Assembly: GCF_036365525.1 (NCBI RefSeq)
Contig: NC_090404.1
Location: forward strand, 4,774,001-4,838,000
Reading direction: 5' to 3'
Length of the DNA stretch: 64,000 nucleotides
From: Heterodontus francisci
Lineage: Eukaryota
Made by a program: the position numbers and the translations under genes. Within the stretch, counting starts at the first letter, position 1. Every line of letters starts with the position of its first letter. The notes under the pieces are model-generated. The model saw only the letters and a program-made list of their open reading frames with translations. It ran no database searches and had not been told where the DNA came from. This document shows positions 39,548 to 51,632 of the stretch, in pieces.

Positions 39548-40042
39548 GGGCTCATGGCGCAGAAATGCAAGGTGATGTTGGAGATCAGGGCATTGCCAAT
39601 CGCTAGCTCAGTAATCTTGGCATCTTTTGTCAACATAGAAACAAACCAATTAATGATGTCGGTGTTCCTGTGTACATTCCCTCCATTAAGATGAAGCATA
39701 TACTGTGCCGGCTGCCCAGCGTGCTGACTGCACCAGTACATATAAGTGTTAGAATCGTTTCTCGTTTCAAGCTGCACAGTCGTGTGATGTTACTTTTCTC
39801 TTCAATTGTCATTTCAAGGACAGTCTGTTCAATTGTGTCTTGGTGGTTCAATTATAAGAGAATATCATAGTAATAGTCATGATTCGAAGCATTATCATCA
39901 CCACCATCTCAATGAACATAATTATTATCATTTGACCAATAATGAAACCTAGGTTGCAGCAGGGAAAATGCATTTTTGCTTGAAAGGAAACATTACAGTA
40001 AAGTAATTTAATGATTATTAACAGTGGCAGCCTGTTCCATAT
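39548..40042 (-). pseudogene. TCR alpha/delta-type V pseudogene (leader 39997-40042, V ~39548-39851)
   Basis: 46-nt leader (I)WNRLPLLIIIKLLY with GT donor; DTIEQT..LC[fs]..YMYWCSQHAGQPAQYML..HFCAMS; degenerate heptamer CGCAGTA. Confidence 0.7.
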
Positions 40043-40489
40043 GATGCTTTCTGAGTCTGTAATTCTGCAGTCTGGAAAATCCGCTGTCTGAGCGAACGCA
40101 TTTCCTAACCCACTGACCTTCTAACTCAGCCAGTGCCAAACAGGGAACAGCGACAGCAATTTCTCCATAAACACAGGGGAAGCAAGGCGGCTCAGAGACA
40201 GAGCAACTGAAGTTTTGCGGGCGGGGCTGCCGCGGGGGGCAGTGTTGACACACGGAGGATTCATTTGTAAGGAACTGAATTCATTCATAATGTCGCAATC
40301 TGAAATTGTATAACTCTGCCTGTCTCTAAGAGTTGTTTTACTTGCGTAATTATTGCACATTCGCTACAAGCAGGCTTGCGATATGAAAGACAGAATTATT
40401 ATATTATTTACAAGTTACCGAAATCTTCATCAGTGAAGTGGGTTAAAACTCGGGTGGGAATGTAACGGTGGGAAATGGAATGAAATGGT

Positions 40490-41040
40490 AATAAAAGCAA
40501 AATACTGCAGATGTTGGAAATCTAATAGGACAAGGTCACAGAAAATAACTGAGCATCAGGTCATGGACCAAAGGCAGCGGTATGTTAATGTGTGGTCACA
40601 TACAAGCGTTACTGCAGAGAGGGTGCACATTGACAGAAAATGAACAGCCCTGACCCCAAGCACAATCATGAAAAAAACTGAGTAGGCACAATAGAAACAA
40701 ACGAAGCAAATTAAAATAAAATAAAAGAAACAAAGAAAAAAGAAAAAAGAAAAAATAACTAAGAATAAAAATTAAAAGGTGGGTCCGTCATGCACTGAAA
40801 TTTTTGAACTCATTGTTCAGTCCGGCAGGCTGTAGTGTGCCGAATTGGTAAATGAGATGCTGTTCCTCGAGCTTGTGTTGATGTTCACTGGAACACTGCA
40901 GCCATCCCAGGACAGAGATGTGGGCATGAGAACAGGGGGTGTATTGAAATGGACAGCAACCGGAAGCTCGGGGTCGTGCTTTCGGACTGAGTGGAGGTGT
41001 TCCACAAAGCGGTCACCCAAACTGCGTTTAGTCTCCTCGA
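40490..41040 (-). mobile_element. Penelope-like element 3' fragment (GIY-YIG end plus terminal repeat)
   Basis: LGDRFVEHLHSVRK..LPVAVHFN. Confidence 0.75.
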
Positions 41041-41239
41041 CATTGGGGACGGAAGTGACTGTTCAGAGAGGTAGAAATGGACGGGAGAAGAAATTCCAGC
41101 CGGTCGAATAACAACTCGGCACTGTTTCTTCCTTTCCAGTTCTGTAAGGTCGCAGTCTCTATTTCTGAAGTTCAGACTGGAACCGCAGAGATAAAACTCT
41201 GCCTGACACCGCTTATTGTCCTGATCACAGGTCGGTACC

Positions 41240-41664
41240 ATTAGAAACTCCCTGCAACATTCGCCAATCATCATTAAATTTCCCATCTCCAGCTGTGGGT
41301 CACTTTCACTTTATTATACTTCATCTAACATGCTGGGTGTCCGCTGTTTATTTTCAGAGATGGGTAACAGAGACTCAGGGCTCCAGTAAGAACAAGGAGT
41401 TGGATCAGTAAATTTAGCAATAATCTATAGTTGTTCTGCATGGTTTCACTTGCCAGCTGTAACCTGTTCTGGTATCACCAGTATCCACACCGAGCTCCTT
41501 AGTATCTGTTCAGAACCGATAGTCACGAAAATAAGGAAACGGCTCCCGGTTTTGAACACTTCAGCGGTAATCTCAACCGGATGCAAGGCACTTTTCTCCT
41601 GCCTTTGAAAGGCTTGAGGATCACAGACAACGACTATTATTACTGCACCATAAGACCCACAGTG
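41240..41664 (+). pseudogene. TCR delta/alpha-type V pseudogene (V exon 41358-41657)
   Basis: NLFWYHQYPHRAP*YLFRTD..FSGNLN..GLRITDNDYYYCTIR followed by CACAGTG (41658-41664); nonamer lost; decayed leader containing IIIK. Confidence 0.8.
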
Positions 41665-41767
41665 AATAAGATTCCTCGAGCAGAACACAGGTCGGCATTA
41701 AGGGTGGGCGCCAAGAAAATACATGGGATTGAATCCCATTTCAGTTTGCACAGAAAATGAAGGGAAT

Positions 41768-42290
41768 ATGCACTTTTTGCGAGCTATTTTCTCAGTCAGT
41801 GCTCTCACCGTTGTGAAAGGTAACATTTTTGCAGCATTTGAATCTTGGGTCAAATTCAGATATTCCCAGCTACCTGTTAACAATGACTTGCAGATCTCTG
41901 GGATGAATAACAGGATCGATCTGTCCAAGTAACATATCCGTCAGGCCACATCTTGCAAAGTTTCTGGAATTGCATTGGTAACAAAAGCGGCTGAATGAAA
42001 TCATCACTTTACTGGTACAAGTTGAACATAAGTGATACCGCACACCGATTTGAAGAGGAGTGGCTACTTATAATGTCCCTGATAGCCTTAGGACTGTCTC
42101 AATGATGTTCATGCTCGGGAGGGTATTCATTCATACCAGGGCTTGAGAGCAAATCGAATTATTTCACCTTAATTAGAGAGAGATCTATTTCTCATATAAC
42201 ATAAAGATATCCAGTTAGACAACAATGGAGACAATGTGAGAAAGAAGCAGAAAGACTGCCAACGAGATAAACAACAAGTGACTGAGACAG
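41768..42290 (+). pseudogene. Degenerate leader plus V-type Ig domain with no recognisable RSS
   Basis: Leader MHFLRAIFSVSALTVVK-G with GTAAC donor (41768-41819); acceptor at 41893; in-frame NC..SSLYWYK..LFLI*HKDIQLDNNGD with many stops. Confidence 0.55.
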
Positions 42291-42542
42291 GGAGAAAGAT
42301 GCACAAACGTATTCAGGGAAGAAAGTATTGGTGAGACACAGCAGTAATTAGTCCTCAACGAACCTGATTGGTTCACAGTTGACATAATATCTGAGCCACC
42401 AGCCAACGTAACCCAGAGAAACACCCGTCCGTTTTCCAATAAGTGAATTCTGCCTCGATCAAAGGTCATTCTTCAATATCGGATTGGAAAATTAACAATT
42501 AAAGCATTCTACTATTTTCAGTCGAACGCTAAACCAGACAGC

Positions 42543-43009
42543 ATGTGCTTCCTACGTTTCTTACTGATGATACTGGTCTTGTTGTCCGGTGAACCTATGT
42601 TTAAAAGATCAGTGTGTCCTCCATTGGTTATATTCAGTCTTCTAATTTCGACTTCTGTGTATTGTTACAGGAATGAGTGGTGACGATTCAGTGTCCCTGG
42701 ACCCACTTGAATTAACGGTTCAGGAAAGACGGGCGGTAATTCTGAACTTTAGTTACACGACAGCGTAGCCTGACTTAAATCTCTTCTGGTACATGCAGTA
42801 TCTGAGGGAAGCTCCGAGATTTTACTGAGAACATGCAGCATGGTACAGGGGGATAAATCTCCAGATTTTCCAGATTCTGGTGAATTGGTCAAAGAAAAGA
42901 AAACAGTTCCTTCAAAAGTCGACGGGGCTCTTGTCTCTGACTCTGCGGTGCGTTACTGAGTCCTCCGCCTCACACTGTCAGAGGAGCGCAGTCTGTCAGT
43001 ACAAACATG
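42543..43009 (+). pseudogene. TCR alpha-type V pseudogene with 23-RSS
   Basis: Leader MCFLRFLLMILVLLS-G (42543-42588); V 42671-42970 DSVSLDP..LFWYMQYLREAPRF..SDSAVRY*; RSS CACACTG-23-ACAAACATG; both Cys lost. Confidence 0.85.
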
Positions 43010-43744
43010 TCAAAGGACTCTCACCTCCTCTCACTGAATCTAGATTGTTATCTGATAATGGAACACAAACCAAACTATGAAGATAAACACATGGGTCAAT
43101 TTATAGATGGGTAGTTCATTAAACAGTTAGAAAGATAAATGGACAGTCTCGCCGCCTTCACTTTCTCCTTCAATGATCTCTTCCTCCTTTGTTTGAAAGT
43201 ATCCAGCTGCTGCAGACAAGCGCCTGTGAATTCCGGCTGTGGAGTCTGTGAGTATAAAGCTCAGTGTGTTTCACAGCTCAGTAACGGGTTGGTTCTTGTT
43301 CGTTTGGGAGCTGAATGATGAGATAGTTGGACATTAGCACTTCAGTCATCATTCCGATTGCCCGACTGCAACATAACCAAGAGGTGGATCGGATCATGAA
43401 GAATATAAAACAGTTAACTCTGGATATAACTTTAAATTAAATTGCGGAATTATAGCTTAGGGACACGGGTTCAAACTATGAAAGGTCATTTCAGGACCGG
43501 TATCAGGAAATTCTTCAGCAATCAATGCGTGGAATCAAGTTCCAGATGCAACAGAAGATGGTCAAACCTGGGATTAATTTCATAAAATGATGGATATTCC
43601 AAAGGCGAAGGTTGGAGCAGGATGGGGTTGGAGGCATGTTGGTGTTAAACAGTCTATCCTAAGAGTGGCAGAATTCCAACTCCCGCCCTGCATGATCCTG
43701 TGATCTTGTGATCAATCGCAGGAGTCGGCAATTTCTTTTGGACA

Positions 43745-43778
43745 TGCAGTCGCTTGTAGTCACCAGCAGAGGGCACTA
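43745..43778 (+). promoter_or_regulatory. CTCF motif with upstream (U) module
   Basis: TGCAGTCGC-spacer-CACCAGCAGAGGGCACTA. Confidence 0.65.
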
Positions 43779-44300
43779 AATGTCTTCACTGTGTTGGTGT
43801 CAATGTGGCAGCGACTGCAGCTTCAGTATTGAGTAACTTTACTGAAGAAGCGGATTGAAGAAAAGTTTCGGTAACAGAAACATTCATTTCAAATGGAAGT
43901 TGTTTTTATCGATGTCATGATGAAGGAATAAAATATTATTACTAATGGCGATATTCTGCATTTTGTAAGAAGCCGATCACCACAGAATCACTCAGTCCAT
44001 TTGTTGTGACACTCCGCCACTCTCCTCAAAGCTGTCAATTATTCCCTATTGCATTCAAGTAAAAGGTGCTGGCTGTCTCGTTTATCTGCAGAACAACTGC
44101 AAACTTGTTATGCTGGCTGTGGGAAATTCTAATGAGCAGTGCACAGGTCTTCTCGTGGAATTCAATGGCACAGATGCCAGGACAACATGAATTATTTTCC
44201 TCATGCACCAGCCTCACAGACTGGCTCTGTTAAAGGGCCAACATTGAGTTTTAACCCCGTCCAGTTCCCTGTTGTGAGAACAATTTCCCTGTTCACTGCT

Positions 44301-44460
44301 CTGATGTCATCAATTCTGGATGAAAGGACCGAAGAGCTGATTGGATGAATTGCAGTACTAATGCGCTGAGTGCTGATTGGATGAACTGGAGAATAAAGGA
44401 TTTGTGATCTGATTGGACGAATTAAACAACAAAGGACCCGTGAGTTGACTGGATGTCACC
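44301..44460 (+). promoter_or_regulatory. V-gene promoter: 36-bp-periodic inverted CCAAT boxes with CRE-like TGATGTCA
   Basis: CTGATTGG at 44337, 44373 and 44409; variant units at 44301 (CTGATGTCA) and 44445. Confidence 0.6.
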
Positions 44461-44590
44461 TGCTGTCCAGGCCAGCAATGGACCTATCGGGAGAAAGGCT
44501 GGATATCGAACAGCATCTTCGAAAGGCCTGATGAAAACAATTCCAGCTTCAATCAGTTCAGTTCATATCAGCCCACAACTGTCTGAAAAC

Positions 44591-45448
44591 GTGTTGGATG
44601 TTACTTTTTATTTATTCCTCACAGCTGCAGCTCTCTTAACTGGGAAGTTCACAATTTACACAAGGCCGCCTTTCACATCTTGATCATATAGTTCATCGGT
44701 CTGTTCCCTGAAGACAAGGGTAACAATCGATTGATCGGAAGTGAACAAAGCAATCCGGATCTACCTTGAGTCAACACTGAACACTGTTTGAGCAAACTCG
44801 ACAAGCTCCCCCAATAAGAGAAATTGGAAGAGTTGAGCTGAGATTACAGGGGAATGGCAGACAGACATGGTCCTCCCCACCAGGGCTAATGACAGACACC
44901 GATAGACACACGAGTCTTACACCCATAGGCCGTTTGTAGGCTTCCCTTTACAGTCGATCCCAGCACCTTCCTGTTGCAGCTTCTGAACTGTGGAAAGTGT
45001 ATTTGTGCTTACCTGTCCTGAATTCTCAGTTAAGTATTGGGGGTGACGGGCTGATTCTGGGAGATAGACGTTGGTTAATTTAATATTGCTCTGTTCTTGC
45101 AGGACATTGTCGAGGAGACTCCGTTTCACAGACACCGGCTGTAATCACAGTAAGTGAAGGAGACGATGTTCGGTTGCACTGCGATTATACAACTACAAGC
45201 AGCAGCAATCCTTACCTATTCTGGTACCGTTAGTATCCCAGTGGATACATGGAATATCTGCTGCAAAGAAACAAATACAGTGAGGACCGAGAAAGATTTC
45301 CAGAGGACCGTTTTTCAGCGGAGCTCGATGATTCGATCCGAACCATCCCGCTGAAAGAATCTAAAACAGAACTGACAGACTCTGCGGTGTACTACTGCGC
45401 ACTGAGACCCACAGAGACACAGAGCTGGGCTGATCCTGAACAAAAACT
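44591..45448 (+). pseudogene. Near-intact TCR alpha/delta V gene (leader 44591-44642, V exon 45103-45409, 23-RSS 45410-45448)
   Basis: GDSVSQTPAVITVSEGDDVRLHCDY..YLFWYR*YPSG..DRFSAEL..TDSAVYYCALR; single TAG at 45231; CACAGAG-23-ACAAAAACT; putative leader has a GTG start and GG donor. Confidence 0.92.
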
Positions 45449-45749
45449 GTCAGAGAGTCTCTCAACATAACAGCAAGTTAGGGAAACATTGTGATTGGAG
45501 GCGAGTGTCTGCATTAGTGATTAGAACTTGTACTGTTAATGTTAATATACAGTTATCCTTTTTCCTGCAATGTTTCACTTTTCAAATAATGATCTAATTT
45601 CCTTTTAAAAGTAACGATTGAATCTACCTCCACCAACATTTGCAGGCAGTGTCTTATGGAGCATAACATCTCTCTGAATAAAGGCAAAATTCTCTTCCTT
45701 TTTCCTCTGTTTCTTTTTGCAAGTATCTATGTGTTTTTGCAGATTGGCA

Positions 45750-47200
45750 ACACCGGACAGCCCGCTTCTACCTCCTTCCAAAAATTCACAAACAAGACTG
45801 TCCTGGCAGACCCATCGTTTCAGCCTGTTCCTGCCCCACTGAACTTATTTCTTTCTTTCTTGACTCTATCTTTTCTCAACTGGTCCAGTCTCTTCCCACC
45901 TGCATCCGTGACTCTTCTGAAGCCCTACATCGTATTTGACAATTTCCAGTTTCCTGGCCCACACCACCTCCTCTTCACGATGGACGTCCAATGTTTCTAC
46001 ACCTCCATCCCCCACCAGGAAAGTCTGAGGGCTCACCGCTTCTTCCTTGAACAGAGGTCTTCGTTATGCCTGCCTTTTTGTGGGATATGTCGAACATTCC
46101 TTGTTCCAGTCCAACTAAGGCCCCCTGACCCAACTCGTTTTCCGGTATATTGATGATTGTATCGGTGCCGTTTCCTGCACCCGCCCCGAACTGGAAATCA
46201 TTGTCAACTTTGCTTCTAATTTCCACCCTTCTCTCACCTTTACATGGTCCATCTCCGACACATCCCTTCCCTTCCTTGACGTCATTGTCTCCATCTCTCG
46301 GGATAGGCTGTCTCATATAAGCCCACAGACTCCCATAACTACCTCGACTACACTTCTTCACACCCTACCTCCTGTAAGGACTTTATTTTATTATCCCAGT
46401 TTCTCGGTCTCCAAGGCATCAGTTCCGATGATGCAACCTTCGGCAACAGCGCTTCTGACCTGTTTTCCTCTTTCCTCAACACAGCATTCCCCGTACCATC
46501 CCACACCACCTCCCACGCTCCACCCCCACAGCCACACTGTTGTTGACGGGGCCCTTCAACCATGTCTGGCCTATTTCCCACACTTCTGCCCGCACCCCTT
46601 CCCCTCCATCCCAGAACCGCGACAGGGTTCCCCTTGTCCTCACTTTCCACCTCACCAGCCTCCATATCCAAAGGATCATCCTCCACCATTTCTGCCACGT
46701 CCAGCGTGATGCCAATACCAAACGCAGCTTCCCCTCCTCTCCCATGTCAGCATTCCGAAGGGATCATTCCCTCCGCGACACCCTAGTCAACTCCTCCATT
46801 ACCCCCAAAGGCCGTCCCCTTCCTATGGCTCCTTCCCATGCAATCACTGGAGGTGCAATACCTGCCCCTTTACCTCCTCTCTCCTCACTATCCACGGTCC
46901 GAAACACTCCATTCAGAAGAAGCAGAGGTTTGCTTGTACTTCCTTCAATGCAGTATACTGTATTCGCTGCTCGCAATGCAGTCACCTCTGCACTCGGGAG
47001 ACCAAAGGCAGATTGGGTGACCGCTTTCGGGAACACCTCTGCTCAGTCTAAAAACATGCCCCGAGCTTCTTGTCGCTTGTCATTTCAATACCCGCACCCG
47101 CTCCCACCCATACAAAGCCCCGCCCCTCCCACCCTCCAACTCCCCCCACCCCTCCCCCCAACTCTGCTCTCTTGCCGAATTCTCTGTCCTGGACTTGCAG
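45750..47200 (+). mobile_element. Penelope-like retroelement (RT plus GIY-YIG), degenerate
   Basis: LFTMDVQCFYTSIPH, RYIDD, AFRRDHSLRDTLV, YCIRCSQC..ETK.RLGDRF. Confidence 0.85.
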
Positions 47201-47214
47201 CAGTGTTACGTGTG

Positions 47215-49020
47215 CTGTGGATAGAGTGGAACCAGTGGATGGAGCTTACTTAGGTTTCCAGAAGGCATTTGATAAGGTGCCACATCAAAGGTTATTGCAG
47301 AAAATAAAAGCTCATGGTGTGGGGGGTAACATATTGACATGGACAGAAGATTGGTTAGCTAACAGCAACAGAGAGTAGGCATAAATAGGTCAGTTTCTGA
47401 ATGGCAAGATGTAACGAGTGGTGTGTCACAGGGATCTGTGCTGGGGCCTCAACTTTTTACAATTTATATAAATGACTTCAATGAAGGGACCGAAGGTATG
47501 GTTTCTCAATTTGCTGATGACATAAAAATGGCTGGAAAGTAACTTGCAAAGAGGACATAAGAAGGCTACAAAGGGATGTAGATAGGTTAAGTGAGTGGGA
47601 TAAGATCTGGAAAAGTGTGTATAATGTGGGAAAGTGTGAGATTGTCCACTTTGGCAGGAAGAATAAAAAAGAAACATGTTATCTAAATGGTGAGAGATTT
47701 CCGAGCTGTGAGATGCAGAGGGATCTGGGTGCCCTAGTGCATGAATCGCAAAAGGTTAGTATGGAGATACAGCACATAATTAGGAAAGCTAATAGAATGT
47801 TATCGTTTAATTGAATACAAAAGTAAGCAGGTTATGCTTCAGCTATAAAGGACGTTGGCGTGACCACATCTGGATTACTGTGTACAGTAACTGGTTCCTC
47901 ATTTAAGGAAGGATGTAAATACGTTGGAGGCAGTAGAGAGATGGTTTCCGAGACGAATACCTGGAATGGATGGGCTTTCTTACCAGGAAAGGTCCTGGGG
48001 AAAATTGATATACAGAGAGATTTGGGTGTTCAGGTCCATTGTTCCCTGAAGGTGGCAACGCAGGTCAATAGAGTGGTCAAGAAGGCATACGGCATGCTTT
48101 CCTTCATCGGACGGGGTATTGAGTACAAGAGTTGGCAAGTCATGTTACAGTTGTATAAGACTTTGGTTCGGCCACATTTGGAATACTGCGTGCAGTTCTG
48201 GTCGCCACATTACCAAAAGGATGTGGATGCTTTGGAGAGGGTGCAGAGGAGGTTCACCAGGATGTTGCCTGGTATGGAGGGCGCTAGCTATGAAGAGAAG
48301 TTGAGTAGATTGGGATTATTTTCATTCGAAAGACGGAGGTTGAGGGGGGACCTGATTGAGGTGTACAAAATCATGAGAGGTATAGACAGGTTAGATAGCA
48401 AGAAGCTTTTTCCCATAGTGGGGGATTCAATTACTAGGGGTCACGAGTTCAAAGTGAGAGGGGAAAAGTTTAGGGGAGATATGCGTGGAACGTTCTTTAC
48501 GCAGAGGGTGGTGGGTGCCTGGAACGCGTTGCCAGCGGAGGTGGTAGACGTGGGCATGATAGCATCTTTTAAGATGTATCTAGACAGATACATGAATGGG
48601 CAGGAAGCAAAGAGATACAGACCCTTAGAAAATAGGCGACATGTTTAGATAGAGGATCTGGATCGGCGCAGGCTTGGAGGGCCGAAGAGCCTGTTCCTGT
48701 GCAGCAATTTTCTTTGTTCTTTGTTCTTTGAAAGATAGGATAAGGTTGGCTTGCATCAGCTGGAACTTAGAGGAGTAAGAGGCGACTTGATTGAAACATA
48801 TAATATCTTGCGGGGGCTTGACAGGGTGGATGTGGAAAGGATGGTTCCCCTTGTGGGAGAATCTCGAACTGTTACTGTTTAAAATTAAGGTGTCGCCCAT
48901 TTGAGACCGAGATGAGGAGAATTTTTTTCTCTCAGAGGGTCGGCAGTCTTTTGATTCCTCTTCCTCAAAAGGCAGTGGAAGCAGAGTCTTTGAATATTAT
49001 TAAGGTACAGTTAGATATTT
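47215..49020 (+). mobile_element. CR1 RT remnant with a nested young CR1 3' insertion (47988-48729)
   Basis: FQKAFDKVPHQRL; nested copy has an open frame and a (TTCTTTG)n tail. Confidence 0.85.
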
Positions 49021-49581
49021 TATTTCTTTTCATCATTCGTTTTTTAACCATGTGTCTGCCCACTTTTTGTTCGTGTTTGTGCTTTTGGCTTGGGCTGTTC
49101 ATTATTCTGTCATTTACATCCTCTCTGCACTAATGCTTCGTCCTTCACCACACGATTGGCACTCTCTTTGCCTTTGCCTTTGCCCCATGACCTCCTTGTC
49201 TGTTAATCGTTGACCATCTGTCCTATCAACACTTTCCCTTTTGTTCCCTTTACCCCCAACCCCGCTTTATTTGTATCTAAGCTATTACATTTCTAAACTT
49301 TGCCCATTCTGATGAAAGGTCAGTCACATGAAACGTTAACTCTGCTTCTCTCTCCACAGGTGCTGAGTGTTTCCATCACGTTTTATTTTTATTAATGTTT
49401 TTGTGTCCAGCTATTACTGACCCTCCCTCACACGGGCAACAGTTTCTCTTTATTCACTCTATCAAAATCCATTTTTTCTTCATATGTCACTCAGTGATCT
49501 TTTATTCTTTATATTGTATCCTGCTTTTGTTGGGATTTACTATTCACACATTCTCTAAATGTTTCTCTCTCTATCCTGCAG

Positions 49582-49919
49582 AGAGCGGCCTTGAAGGCAT
49601 CACTCATCAACCAAAAGAAAATGTGACAGCTCGGGGAGGAGTGATCTCCACCATGACGAGCTCCTATACTGAGGTGACGAGAGTTTGCCTGGACTGGTAC
49701 CGGGATGGTCTCTCCTGGATCCGGAGAAATTCTCATCTACTGCACCGACGGGTTCATTGACAATTCGTCTTTTGCAACCCGGCGCTTCACCACATCTTTG
49801 GTCAAAAAATACACAGCCATCAGTGAAACAGTTTCACAGGTGGCGGCTGCCAGGAAATACTTCTGAGTCTTAACACCGCACACAGCCGTGTAGGTTGGGA
49901 AAGAGCCTATACATAAACT
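49582..49919 (+). pseudogene. TCR alpha/delta-type V pseudogene with 23-RSS
   Basis: Acceptor CCTGCAG; ..SSYT..CLDWYR..DNSSFATRRFT..KYF*VL; CACAGCC-23-ACATAAACT (49881-49919). Confidence 0.75.
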
Positions 49920-50703
49920 GAAGATGTAATGACAAGAATACTGTGTCAGTGAACTCGCGGTATCATTGTATTTCATGATCGCTACTGAGTGCAATGGTCC
50001 AATGGAGAAGCGTAACAATTCTTTCATCCATTTTTCCCTCAGTGTATCATAAACGGACAGATTGACAATTTTATCGAACATTGTGCACCCAAAGGATTTT
50101 ATTTTTGTTGACCACAAATTACCGATATCTCGAAAACACTTGGACTCCCAAATTCCTTCATTCCTCCACAAGAGTCAGCGTCAGAATCAATGACACCATT
50201 TCTGGCACAGAATTCCACATTCATACTTCTTACTTTGTGATAAACTTCCTTTTATTTAAAAGTCAATCTTCTGCTGTTTGAAAGCTCACACTATTGGCTA
50301 TCTTTATTGTCGCTGTTTCCACAGGGACCAGCAGAGTTTCTTCTTTGCTTTGCATTGTTACAGTCCATTTTACCAGATTGTGTTGATGAGCGGTCACCTC
50401 CTCCTGGGAATGCCCCGCCCACCCACCCCCAACACCTTGGATTCAGTCTCCAATCCTCTCAGTGATCCTCTCCGCTCAAGAGGACACCTGTCGGGACCTA
50501 GGAAGCTCCCGGCAGAAAGGAGGTTCTGTTTGGAATGACTCCGTTATTGACTGGGCAGAGGAGGGCTGAAGCTCCCACAATTCACATCAGCTTGCAAACG
50601 CCTGGGATGTCGCTGACAGTGACGTTTCAGTCAATGATATTGCATTTGCGAATGTGTGGGTAGTGAGCCATCTGACACCAACAATCAAGACCATCAAGAT
50701 TTT

Positions 50704-51632
50704 GAAAGCAAGAAATGCTGGAAATACTCAGTAGGTATGGCAGCATCTGTGGAGAAGAAGCAGAGTTAATGTTCACTGGAACGGGCAGAGATGTGAGAGC
50801 GGGGGGACTGCTGAAATCGCAAGCAACCGGAAGCTCGGGGTCATGCTTTCGGGCTTGGCGGAGGTGTTCCACAACGCGGTCACCCAGTTTGCGTTTGGTC
50901 TCCCCAATGGAGAGGAGACCATATTGTGAGCAGCGAATACAGTATACTACAGTGAAAGAAGTATGAGTAAATCGTTGGTTCACCTGAAATGAGTGTTTGG
51001 GGCCTTGGATAGTGAGGAGAGAGGAGGTAAAGGGGCAGGTATTACACCTTCTGCGATTGCAGGGGAAGGTGCCTTGGGAAGGGGACGAGGTGTATTGGTA
51101 AATGGAGGAGTGGACCAGGGTGTCGCGGAGGGAATGATCCCTTCAGAATGCAGACATGGGAAGGGAGGGGAAGATGCATTTGGTAGTGGCATCACGCTGG
51201 ACGTGGCGTAAATGGCGCTGGATGATCCCTTTGAATATGGAGACTGATGGGGTGGAAAATGAGGACAAGGGGAACGCGTTTCTGAGAGGGGGGGGAAGGA
51301 GTGAGGGTAGAGGTGCAGGAAATGGGCCGGACATGGTTGAGGGTCCTGTCAACCACAGAGGGGGGAAATTCATGGTTGAGGAAAAGGGGAAGTCATATCA
51401 GAAGCGCTGTCATGGAAGGTAGCATCGTCAGAGCAGATCCATCGGAGACTGGGACTAGTGTCTGGGAGAAACTGGGAGAATGGAATGGAGTTCTTACAGG
51501 AGGCTGGGTGTGATGAAGTGTAGTCAAGGTGGCTGTGGGAGTCGGTGGGCTTATAATGGATATTAGCAGACAGCCTATCCCCAAAGATGGAAACGGAGAA
51601 GTCGAGGAAGGGAAGGGCAGTGTCGGAGATGG
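50704..51632 (-). mobile_element. Penelope-like element inserted into a V-gene leader exon
   Basis: LPFLDFSV, HYKPTDSH, VYCIRCSQYGLLSIGETKRKLGDR; flanked by MGNR (ATG at 51644) and ILMVLIVGVR (~50700). Confidence 0.8.

Noticed and set aside
49737-50171. 144-aa minus-strand ORF
   Set aside because: Partly antisense to the V pseudogene; no recognisable motif.
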